64,000 nt of DNA from Escherichia coli (lineage in GTDB: Bacteria; Pseudomonadota; Gammaproteobacteria; Enterobacterales; Enterobacteriaceae): the NCBI RefSeq assembly GCF_024700885.2, contig NZ_CP117016.1, one strand, 5' to 3'. The notes below the pieces were generated by a model that did no database searches, was not told where the DNA came from, and saw only the letters and a program-made list of their open reading frames with translations. Each line of letters opens with the position of its first letter. The stretch's first letter is position 1. Shown piece by piece: positions 1 to 7,113 of this stretch. The translations under genes were made by a program, and so were the position numbers.

Positions 1-214
1 CTTCGTGCAGTTCCATCTCTCCGGTGGCGAGCATCACAGCAAAATCTGGCGTATAGAACGTGTTGTCAGCTAACCGCAGCTTGATACCCTCGAATCGATA
101 CCAGGCGATTTCCCCTGCACGTTTACGCTGCTCAAGGTGCTGGCAATACGCAGATTCTGTTTTGTTCATCTGGCCTGTTTTGAGTCGACCAAGAGCCTGC
201 ATCTGTTTTCTCAT
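1..214 (-). CDS. Phage protein, 5' part only (runs off window); DUF1064-like PD-(D/E)XK-type fold suspected
   Basis: Reverse-strand ORF starting ATG at 212-214 with GAGGT SD 7 nt upstream; translation MRKQMQALGRLKTGQMNKTESAYCQHLEQRKRAGEIAWYRFEGIKLRLADNTFYTPDF...; sits directly downstream of P-like gene in same orientation. Confidence 0.45.
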   Translation of the reverse strand, partial: MRKQMQALGRLKTGQMNKTESAYCQHLEQRKRAGEIAWYRFEGIKLRLADNTFYTPDFAVMLATGEMELHE

Positions 215-279
215 GATTTACCTCTGAGGTAATTAAAAACCACATAAGACACGAAATCAATAGAGTTTAGAATATTTTA

Positions 280-294
280 TTACCTGATGGGTAA
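280..294. promoter_or_regulatory. Operator-like palindrome TTACCTGATGGGTAA
   Basis: Perfect TTACC-N5-GGTAA dyad in intergenic space between P-like gene and downstream ORF; same motif recurs in the immunity region. Confidence 0.35.
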
Positions 295-331
295 TTATTT
301 GAGCGTAAAAAAATGCGCTATCGCGCTGGTA

Positions 332-1132
332 TTACTTGATAAATCCTGCCGCCTTTCCCCGCCTGTATTCCTCCATCAGCCACTGCGCCGGTGTTATTCC
401 CCCAAGGGTGGCGGCGTTAGGCATGCATCCGAAACTTCGCCCTGGTGGATGGTAAACGTCTCTCCCTGTGTCCGGAGGTGTACTCATGGGCTCTGGCTTT
501 GCCTGTATGCTGATCACCGGATCGGGTATCTGCTGTCCGGAAGCCACCTTTTTCGCCCAATCATCGAGCAGCCTGCGCGCGTGTTTCTCAACCTCAATCT
601 CGCTAAGCTGGCGCTGATACATTGCACGGCGGGTATCACATACGACCCAGTACATAACCGGATGTCGCCACGGGAATCTTTCGGGACCACCAGGATATAA
701 ACTTTTTTCCTTGCTGTACCGGTGAAACTCCGCCATCACATCGTCAATGGTGACGCCAAGAACCATCTTGCTGTCTTTACACCACTTGATGAATTGCCCA
801 GGCGACGGCCAGAACGGAGATTCACTGGCGCGGGCGTGGCGCATACCAGCAGAAACCTGTTCACGGGTTCGGATCCCCCCTTCGGCAAACGCAGCAATCC
901 ACTGCTGTTTTGCAGCTACTTCCTGCCCTGGCGTCTTCAGGTTGGTTACCACTGCCGCCGGAAACAGTTGTTTCAGCTGTTTGAAAAGGGCATCAACAAG
1001 CCTCTCTGCTGACATGTTAACCACATTGTCATTGTTGACGTACTGATGCTCATAACCTGACATGCGAGAAAGGGCTTCTCCGTCACGGTTTTGTATCGCG
1101 GTAAAAACGTTGTTCACAAGAAATCCTCCCAT
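332..1132 (-). CDS. Lambda P-like replication protein (helicase loader)
   Basis: 266 aa ORF; segment PFWPSPGQFIKWCKD and FPAAV region parallel lambda P (PFLPSPGQFVAWCRE) as remembered; overlaps 3' end of O-like gene by 19 nt. Confidence 0.8.
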   Translation of the reverse strand: MGGFLVNNVFTAIQNRDGEALSRMSGYEHQYVNNDNVVNMSAERLVDALFKQLKQLFPAAVVTNLKTPGQEVAAKQQWIAAFAEGGIRTREQVSAGMRHARASESPFWPSPGQFIKWCKDSKMVLGVTIDDVMAEFHRYSKEKSLYPGGPERFPWRHPVMYWVVCDTRRAMYQRQLSEIEVEKHARRLLDDWAKKVASGQQIPDPVISIQAKPEPMSTPPDTGRDVYHPPGRSFGCMPNAATLGGITPAQWLMEEYRRGKAAGFIK

Positions 1133-1929
1133 GCTTCAGGGCTGTTCCAGTGCGGAACGTTGTTATCAGGTAATGTTGATTGCTTCTGTCTGCTAATCTG
1201 CAGCCGCCTTGCCAGCTTCTGCTCCCACTGTGCCTGATGGTATGCCTTACCCTCAGCCATCCAGTAAATTCTGAACTCTGCAAGTTCCTGTGCCGTTGGC
1301 AGACTGTCCAGGTAGATCCCCTGCAATGAGCTTTTCCGAAGAAAGTCATCTGATGGCTGCCATTGTTCATGCATGACAAATTTTCCTAATTGCCCTGGTC
1401 CACCAGGAGGAACAAAGTTATTCATCACGGCGTTGTTTGCTCCGGGGTCATGAGGCACAGAATCCCCGCTTTTTGTCCTGCTCTCCCTCTCTTGGTTAAA
1501 TGACTGGTTATATGACTGGTTCTGGATCCCGTTTTTGGGATCATTCAACATCCCGTTTTTGGGATCATTCAACATCCCGTTTTTGGGTATATTCCCGTTT
1601 TCGGGAACATTACCGTTTTCGGGTTCATTACGTCCTTCTAGGTTGCCTTTAATGTTCCCTTTTTTGGTTATATTAAGAGAGAAAACCCGCACTCTTTTCG
1701 TCGCTCCCTTTCTCTCTCCGGTATCTGAAATAAGCCCCATTTTCATGAGCGATATAAGCCCGGCCTGCACGGTTTTTTTATTCAGGCAAGTGTCTTTAAC
1801 GAGGCGTTCTATGCTGGGGTAGCAGAGGTTATATTCATCGGCTCTGTCAGCCATCGAGAGCAGTATGAGCTTTAATGACGAGCTACCTGGATCTGTCTCC
1901 CAGGCCCAATCTGTTGCATGTCTGCTCAT
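1114..1929 (-). CDS. Lambda O-like replication initiator with internal iterons
   Basis: 271 aa ORF with GGAGA SD; N-terminal HTH-like region; central repetitive linker (NGNVPENGNIPKNGMLNDPKNGMLNDPKNG) encoded by tandem DNA repeats; immediately upstream of P-like gene. Confidence 0.7.
   Translation of the reverse strand: MSRHATDWAWETDPGSSSLKLILLSMADRADEYNLCYPSIERLVKDTCLNKKTVQAGLISLMKMGLISDTGERKGATKRVRVFSLNITKKGNIKGNLEGRNEPENGNVPENGNIPKNGMLNDPKNGMLNDPKNGIQNQSYNQSFNQERESRTKSGDSVPHDPGANNAVMNNFVPPGGPGQLGKFVMHEQWQPSDDFLRKSSLQGIYLDSLPTAQELAEFRIYWMAEGKAYHQAQWEQKLARRLQISRQKQSTLPDNNVPHWNSPEAWEDFL
1526..1630. repeat. Iteron array (putative phage replication origin) inside O-like gene
   Basis: Two exact 24-bp tandem units ATCCCGTTTTTGGGATCATTCAAC (1526-1549, 1550-1573) followed by three degenerate units; core dyad CCCGTTTT(T/C)GGG occurs 5 times at 24/24/18/18 bp spacing; TGACTGGTT x2 at 1501-1522. 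Confidence 0.6.
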
Positions 1930-1944
1930 GATTAATCTCCGCTA

Positions 1945-2145
1945 TCAGCTTGAATGTTGTGGGGAGGAATTAATCATGATCTGCTTAATCTCAGCCCTGA
2001 TGCGACGGTTTGATTCCATGGTGCACTCAACACAGTGTCCGTTGTAAACCCAGCGTTCACTGTCATGTCCGTGCTTACATGGTTTTCCGGTGTAGTAGCG
2101 TTTAAGTCCGCGCTTTGCGGCATCAATACGTGTAATGATTTCCAT
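1945..2145 (-). CDS. Small zinc-ribbon-like phage protein (occupies cII position); start uncertain (ORF open to 2214)
   Basis: ORF with CxxH...CxxC pattern (YTGKPCKHGH...GHCVEC); located between Cro-like gene and O-like gene. Confidence 0.4.
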   Translation of the reverse strand: MEIITRIDAAKRGLKRYYTGKPCKHGHDSERWVYNGHCVECTMESNRRIRAEIKQIMINSSPQHSS

Positions 2146-2249
2146 GGTAAGCCCTGTTATTAGTATTGGGATTACGGTCATTTTGTGCTGACACAAAAAA
2201 AAGATCAACCACATTTGGTTTTTTATTACCCTTAAGGTGCGAATAGATA

Positions 2250-2274
2250 TGAAAAGACCGCCGGATGGCGGTCT
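2250..2274 (-). terminator. Intrinsic terminator downstream of Cro-like gene (tR1-like position)
   Basis: Reverse strand hairpin AGACCGCC-atcc-GGCGGTCT followed by TTTTC. Confidence 0.5.
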
Positions 2275-2295
2275 ACAGAGGGTTGTGGCTGGATA

Positions 2296-2526
2296 TCATG
2301 AGTAGAAGAAGTATGCCAATTCTGCTTTTGAGCGCAGCCATTGTCTTGTTTTACAGGCTTTAAAAAGCCCATTCATCAATACCTTACCTGGCATTTTGCG
2401 CTTACCTGTTAAGTGAGTCTGGATATAGTGACTCGTCGTTCCGGCTTCCTGTGCGAAGGCTTCACGCTCATCCGGAGTAAGTGCAAGCCAGTGCTTTTTG
2501 AAATCGAAATGTCCGTTATCGCTCAT
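2296..2526 (-). CDS. Cro/DicC-like small DNA-binding protein (putative)
   Basis: 76 aa ORF divergent from repressor gene across operator-containing intergenic region; weak SD. Confidence 0.5.
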   Translation of the reverse strand: MSDNGHFDFKKHWLALTPDEREAFAQEAGTTSHYIQTHLTGKRKMPGKVLMNGLFKACKTRQWLRSKAELAYFFYS

Positions 2527-2562
2527 AGCTATTGCCTGATATTTATTTCAGATAATAAATAT

Positions 2563-2625
2563 TCACCCATAAGGTAACAAAAATCAAGGATAGTTACCCA
2601 TGAGGTGCATTTACCTGTTGGGTAA
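2563..2625. promoter_or_regulatory. OR-like operator cluster (three TTACC-N5-GGTAA-type dyads) in divergent repressor/cro intergenic region
   Basis: TCACCCATAAGGTAA (2563-2577), TTACCCATGAGGTGC (2594-2608), TTACCTGTTGGGTAA (2611-2625). Confidence 0.55.
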
Positions 2626-2680
2626 TATTGCTTTAAATTGAATCATCTTCTGATTCATATATGAGGCGATTTTCCAGAAA

Positions 2681-3265
2681 ATGAAAAGTATCCAAGACGT
2701 CCGCAGGCAAAATCTCAACGACTTGATCGACCGTGAATTCAATGGTGTTCAGACGCGGATGGCTGAAAAACTTGGAACTCAGGCAAATCTGGTAAACCGC
2801 TGGGCTCTTGGCAAGAAGGTTATCGGCGACCAGGTTGCGCGAAAAATTGAAGCTGCCGCCAATAAACCACGTAACTGGCTTGATATCGATCGCTCGCTTT
2901 CTCAGGAGGGTTTTCAGCCTGTCGGACCAAGCGACATTGGTCAGCTGGCGGCTCACAACCTGGAACGCTGGATGAGCGAAAGCCGCGACCTTTCAACACA
3001 GGGAAAACTTCACCGCGCATCCGGCGTCGCCCAAGTGACAATCAGCCGCCTGTTAAACAATGAGGTCAGCGTTTCCATTTCCACCCTGGAGAATGTTGCA
3101 TCTGCATTCGGACGTCACGGATATGAACTACTGATTCACCCGCACGACCCTGCAACTATCAACTATGACCGCTCGCGCTACGCATTGTTACCTGAAACCG
3201 AGAAAGCAAAGATCGAAAGTTACATTGAATTTGTCATCAACCAGAACGAAAAAAACAAACAATAA
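2681..3265 (+). CDS. Prophage repressor-like protein with two HTH (XRE-type) domains; no S24 peptidase domain evident
   Basis: 194 aa ORF; two segments with HTH-like pattern (MAEKLGTQANLVNRWALGKK... and ASGVAQVTISRLLNNEVSVSISTLENVASAFG); divergent from Cro-like gene; followed by terminator. Confidence 0.6.
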   Translation: MKSIQDVRRQNLNDLIDREFNGVQTRMAEKLGTQANLVNRWALGKKVIGDQVARKIEAAANKPRNWLDIDRSLSQEGFQPVGPSDIGQLAAHNLERWMSESRDLSTQGKLHRASGVAQVTISRLLNNEVSVSISTLENVASAFGRHGYELLIHPHDPATINYDRSRYALLPETEKAKIESYIEFVINQNEKNKQ

Positions 3266-3285
3266 AATCATATTTTTCAGTAAGT

Positions 3286-3312
3286 AAGCCGCCAAATGGC
3301 GGCTTTTTTATT
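3286..3312 (+). terminator. Intrinsic terminator after repressor gene
   Basis: AAGCCGCC-aaat-GGCGGCTTTTTTATT. Confidence 0.6.
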
Positions 3313-3313
3313 G

Positions 3314-3390
3314 TCTATTTAATTACCTTGCAGGTAATTTTTTCAACTCATACCTATTGACATCAAACCAAATACGCATAATCATTACCT
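3314..3390 (+). promoter_or_regulatory. OL-like operator pair flanking candidate early promoter
   Basis: Perfect dyads TTACCTTGCAGGTAA (3314-3328) and TTACCTCAACGGTAA (3376-3390) bracket TTGACA (3348-3353) and a CATAAT-like -10; directly upstream of rightward early operon. Confidence 0.5.
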
Positions 3391-3418
3391 CAACGGTAAC
3401 AAGCTGAGGTAACAAGTT

Positions 3419-3571
3419 ATGCAGTGGAAAATCATCAACGGTTGGTACTGCGTTACTGCATGCGGATTCATGAGCTGGAAGTTCCGCACCTTACAGGAAG
3501 GCATTAAGTGGGCTTTCGTCAGCAAAGAAGCTCGCGATGTGGCCAACGATAACGAGATATGGGAGGGCTGA
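3419..3571 (+). CDS. Small hypothetical protein (50 aa), first ORF of early rightward operon
   Basis: ATG preceded by GAGGTAA SD; MQWKIINGWYCVTACGFMSWKFRTLQEGIKWAFVSKEARDVANDNEIWEG; not in ORF track (below length cut-off). Confidence 0.35.
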   Translation: MQWKIINGWYCVTACGFMSWKFRTLQEGIKWAFVSKEARDVANDNEIWEG

Positions 3572-3573
3572 TA

Positions 3574-3873
3574 ATGAACGTTAATCAGCAGCAAAATCTT
3601 CAAAAAATCATGCTGGCATTCGACAAGGACTACCGCCTGTCAGAACAGCTATATGACCGACAAGTTGAACTGATCGAAAGCATCCGGCTTCATCAACTAG
3701 CCTCAACTTTCGACGCTGTAACAGGTAAAGGCGTTCGCCAGGAAGTACTGGAGGCCGCTAAAGACAGTCCAGAGTTCGAAGAACTGATGGATTCCTACCG
3801 GCGCGAGGCAATGGCAATTATCGCCCGCTGGGATCTGGCTGATCAGCTTGATGGGCAGAGGGACGCGGCATGA
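3574..3873 (+). CDS. Hypothetical phage protein (99 aa)
   Basis: ATG at 3574 with GGAGGG SD 8 nt upstream (track start 3559 lacks SD); stop overlaps next gene start (ATGA). Confidence 0.55.
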   Translation: MNVNQQQNLQKIMLAFDKDYRLSEQLYDRQVELIESIRLHQLASTFDAVTGKGVRQEVLEAAKDSPEFEELMDSYRREAMAIIARWDLADQLDGQRDAA

Positions 3874-4691
3874 AGCCGGGAATTTATTTCGACATCAGCA
3901 ACGAAGACTACCACGCCGGGGACGGCGTGAGTAAGTCGCAACTGGACATGGTTGCCAAGAATCCGGCGCTTCTTAAATGGGTTCAGGCAGCACCAGAAGA
4001 CGAAGAGAAAAAGTCTGCACTGGATATGGGAACCGCATTGCACTGTCTGCTTCTGGAGCCTGGAGAATTCAACAAACGCTTCATTGTTTCACCGAAATTC
4101 GATCGTCGGACGAAACAAGGTAAAGCTGACGAAGAAGCATTTCTTCGTGATGTAGCGGATATGGGGATTACGGTACTTGATGCCGAGCAGTGGCGGAAAC
4201 TGGAGCTGATGCGTGATAGCGCAATGGCTCACCCGGCGGCACGCTGGATGCTGGAAGCACCTGGTTACTGCGAAGCATCAATGTACTGGAATGATGAAGA
4301 GACTGGTGAGTTGTGCCGCATTCGTCCAGACAAATGGCTGAACGAGCACAACGTGATCGTCGACGTGAAAAAGGTTGCAGATATGGACCGTTTTGCACGC
4401 CACATCGAGGAATTCCGCTACCACGTGCAGGACGCAATGTACCGCGAAGGAGCGATGAGGGTTACTGGTCAGTCGCATGGTTTTTTCTTTCTTGCCGTGA
4501 GCGAAAGCATTGATTGTGGTCGGTATCCGGTACGCGTGTTCGAGCTGGATGCGCCGGATGTCGATGCCGGGCACGCTCTGTTCCGCCGGGATCTGAATAC
4601 CTATCACGAATGCCGCATCAATGATGAATGGGGCGGCGTGGAAATTATTAAACGCCCTGACTGGGCACGTAAACAGGATATGTACGTATGA
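3870..4691 (+). CDS. PD-(D/E)XK-family phage exonuclease-like protein
   Basis: 273 aa; D...IVDVKK-type nuclease motif; translationally coupled to flanking genes. Confidence 0.6.
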   Translation: MKPGIYFDISNEDYHAGDGVSKSQLDMVAKNPALLKWVQAAPEDEEKKSALDMGTALHCLLLEPGEFNKRFIVSPKFDRRTKQGKADEEAFLRDVADMGITVLDAEQWRKLELMRDSAMAHPAARWMLEAPGYCEASMYWNDEETGELCRIRPDKWLNEHNVIVDVKKVADMDRFARHIEEFRYHVQDAMYREGAMRVTGQSHGFFFLAVSESIDCGRYPVRVFELDAPDVDAGHALFRRDLNTYHECRINDEWGGVEIIKRPDWARKQDMYV

Positions 4692-5569
4692 GCAATGATA
4701 TCGCAATCACATCACAACCAGGCGCAACTGTAGGTACTGCTGCGGCAATCTTCAGCCCGGAGGGCATGAATCAACTGGTGCGTTTCGCGGAGTTGATGTC
4801 ACAAAGCAAAGCGACTGTACCGAAACATCTTGAAGGCAAACCTGCCGATTGTCTGGCGGTGACCATGCAGGCGGCACAGTGGGGAATGAACCCTTTCGCC
4901 GTGGCGCAGAAAACGCATGTGGTAAACGGAACGTTAGGCTACGAAGCACAGTTGGTAAACGCGGTCGTATCCTCTTCCAGCCTGCTAGCGACACGCCTGA
5001 ATTATCGCTGGAGCGGTGACTGGTCGAATGTTAACGGCAAAACAGATAAATCACCGAATCTGACGGTAACTGTGTCAGCAGTTCTTAAAGGAGAAGCAGA
5101 ACCCCGTGAGCTTACCATCAGTATGGCGCAAGCCGGAGTGCGTAACTCTCCATTGTGGGAACAGGATCCGCGCCAGCAGCTTGCCTATCTTTGCACGAAA
5201 CGATGGGCTCGCCTGCACGCTCCTGATGTACTTCTCGGTGTTTACACCCCTGACGAATTACAGGAAACGGCACCGCGCGTTGAGCGAGACATTACTCCGC
5301 AAACGACTACTGCTGCGGGAATGAACAGTCTGATCAACGCTAAACCAGTGAAAAAGCCTGATGAGCAAACGCGTAAAGCGGATAGCCGTGATCCAGAAGA
5401 AATGCTGATGGCCTTTACCAGCGCAGCGATGAATTACAGCACTGTCTCCGAACTGGATAAGGCTTACAAATACATTGCACAAAAACTTTCAGATGATGAC
5501 GAACTGCTGGCAAAAGCCACCGACGTTTACAGCGTTCGTCGGGAAGAATTAAACGAAACATCTATGTAA
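4688..5569 (+). CDS. Putative single-strand annealing recombination protein (RecT/Bet-like); family assignment tentative
   Basis: 293 aa ORF start-stop overlapping the exonuclease gene (ATGA), the typical exo/SSAP arrangement. Confidence 0.4.
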   Translation: MSNDIAITSQPGATVGTAAAIFSPEGMNQLVRFAELMSQSKATVPKHLEGKPADCLAVTMQAAQWGMNPFAVAQKTHVVNGTLGYEAQLVNAVVSSSSLLATRLNYRWSGDWSNVNGKTDKSPNLTVTVSAVLKGEAEPRELTISMAQAGVRNSPLWEQDPRQQLAYLCTKRWARLHAPDVLLGVYTPDELQETAPRVERDITPQTTTAAGMNSLINAKPVKKPDEQTRKADSRDPEEMLMAFTSAAMNYSTVSELDKAYKYIAQKLSDDDELLAKATDVYSVRREELNETSM

Positions 5570-5618
5570 CCACCACCGCGGCGCCACGCGCGCCGCACTG
5601 CAACCAAGAGAGGTATTT

Positions 5619-5867
5619 ATGAAAGGTGCATTAGGTAAGAAGGAACTCCTGGCGGTGGTGCCACTGTCATGGAGCACTATCGACCGTATGGAGCGCGCAG
5701 GGGAATTTCCTAAACGCTGGTATATCACCGATAAACGCTGCGCATGGAACCGTGATGAAGTTGAGCGTTGGCTTGATGAACGTCAGGCAGCAAGCCCGGC
5801 AGAGTTCCAGGGTAAAAAACCTCCTGTTCAGCAACGTGTATATCGTCCTGTGAGCAACGCGGCATGA
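5619..5867 (+). CDS. AlpA-family phage transcriptional regulator / excisionase-like protein
   Basis: 82 aa; pattern LSWSTIDRMERAGEFPKRWYI...WNRDEVERWL typical of AlpA-type HTH; AGAGAGG SD. Confidence 0.7.
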   Translation: MKGALGKKELLAVVPLSWSTIDRMERAGEFPKRWYITDKRCAWNRDEVERWLDERQAASPAEFQGKKPPVQQRVYRPVSNAA

Positions 5868-5976
5868 GTGTGCTGCTAAGGCACTGGAGCAAATGGTCAG
5901 GATGGTACTTATTCCTGGCCTCTGTTTCAGCATGGCTTTATCTGCTGGCATTAATTTTCAGAGAGGGTTGGATTAA

Positions 5977-6276
5977 GTGAGAAAGTTAAGCCGACTTGAA
6001 AAATATCACATGAACAAGGTTTCAATGCGCAGCCCTTCAAAGGTTGTTGCCGTTACTCCTGCGGCGATAGAGATCGAAAAACGCGCGATTGAAAGAGAGA
6101 AAAAAGGGCAGTTCCGCATTGCCGCCCACCTTTGGCTTCAGTGTATGGATGTTGCTTCTGGTGATGTTGAACGTGCAAGGATCGCGGTTCGCAGGGACCA
6201 ATGTATCACAAAAGGTAACGGCCTTCGCCGTGGCGACTATAGCGGCATAGGATGTTGTGGGGTGGTTTATGACTAA
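5977..6276 (+). CDS. PerC-like small regulator (putative); GTG start
   Basis: 99 aa; RIAAHLWLQCMDV...DVERARIAVRRDQCI resembles PerC-family pattern; GAGGGT SD before GTG 5977. Confidence 0.4.
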   Translation: MRKLSRLEKYHMNKVSMRSPSKVVAVTPAAIEIEKRAIEREKKGQFRIAAHLWLQCMDVASGDVERARIAVRRDQCITKGNGLRRGDYSGIGCCGVVYD

Positions 6277-6919
6277 GAAATACACACTAATCTATGCAGA
6301 TCCACCCTGGGCATACCGGGACAAAGCCACAGATGGTAATCGCGGTGCCGGTTTTAAATATCCGGTTATGAGTGTGCTGGATATCTGCCGCCTTCCTGTG
6401 TGGGATTTGGCCGGTGAAAACTGTCTGTTGGCCATGTGGTGGGTGCCAACACAACCACTCGAAGCACTAAAAGTTGTTGAAGCCTGGGGATTCCGTCTGA
6501 TGACCATGAAGGGCTTCACGTGGATAAAATGTGGTAGTCGACAACCAGATAAACTGGTTATGGGGATGGGACACATGACTCGCGCCAACAGTGAAGATTG
6601 CCTGTTTGCGGTAAAGGGAAAACTACCTCCGCGCATTAATGCAGGTATCGTTCAGTCATTTACCGCACCGCGGCTTGAGCATTCAAGAAAACCAGATGTC
6701 GTTCGTGAAAAACTTGTGCAATTGTTAGGCGATGTTTCTCGCATTGAACTGTTCGCCCGCCAGTCGTCTCATGGCTTCGATGTTTGGGGTAATCAGTGCG
6801 AAGACCCGGCAGTGCAACTACACCCAGGATACGCGTTGGATATTGCCGGATTAACAAATGCATTCAGCAATGCTCCGCTGTCACCAACAGACAACCAGGG
6901 GCGGGAGCGTGCAGCATGA
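6269..6919 (+). CDS. MT-A70 family DNA N6-adenine methyltransferase
   Basis: DPPW catalytic motif (LIYADPPWAY); ATG 6269 preferred over GTG 6257; stop overlaps next ORF. Confidence 0.75.
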   Translation: MTKKYTLIYADPPWAYRDKATDGNRGAGFKYPVMSVLDICRLPVWDLAGENCLLAMWWVPTQPLEALKVVEAWGFRLMTMKGFTWIKCGSRQPDKLVMGMGHMTRANSEDCLFAVKGKLPPRINAGIVQSFTAPRLEHSRKPDVVREKLVQLLGDVSRIELFARQSSHGFDVWGNQCEDPAVQLHPGYALDIAGLTNAFSNAPLSPTDNQGRERAA

Positions 6920-7110
6920 ACAGGGCATCACCAGCAGATTTAAGGAAATGCCTTGAAACTGCAAACATGCTTGCACACAGCGGGATCAGGTTTGTTCCAA
7001 TTCCCGCTGTCACTGATGCTGAATTTGCAACACTGTCAGCAATATTCACAGATAAAATTGAATCACTGGCAGCAGAAGCCGAGATGGAAGAAAATCAGCA
7101 GAACTATTAA
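6916..7110 (+). CDS. Small hypothetical phage protein (64 aa)
   Basis: ATG overlapping MTase stop (ATGA); MNRASPADLRKCLETANMLAHSGIRFVPIP...; convergent with integrase. Confidence 0.4.
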   Translation: MNRASPADLRKCLETANMLAHSGIRFVPIPAVTDAEFATLSAIFTDKIESLAAEAEMEENQQNY

Positions 7111-7113
7111 ACG

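Noticed and set aside
1501-1630. Tandem repeats as a possible CRISPR array
   Set aside because: Units are 18-24 bp with no spacers, lie inside a coding sequence, and no cas genes are nearby; better explained as replication iterons.
2633-3041. Reverse-strand ORFs 2633-2956 and 2820-3041
   Set aside because: They overlap the repressor gene on the opposite strand and have no SD or recognisable features.
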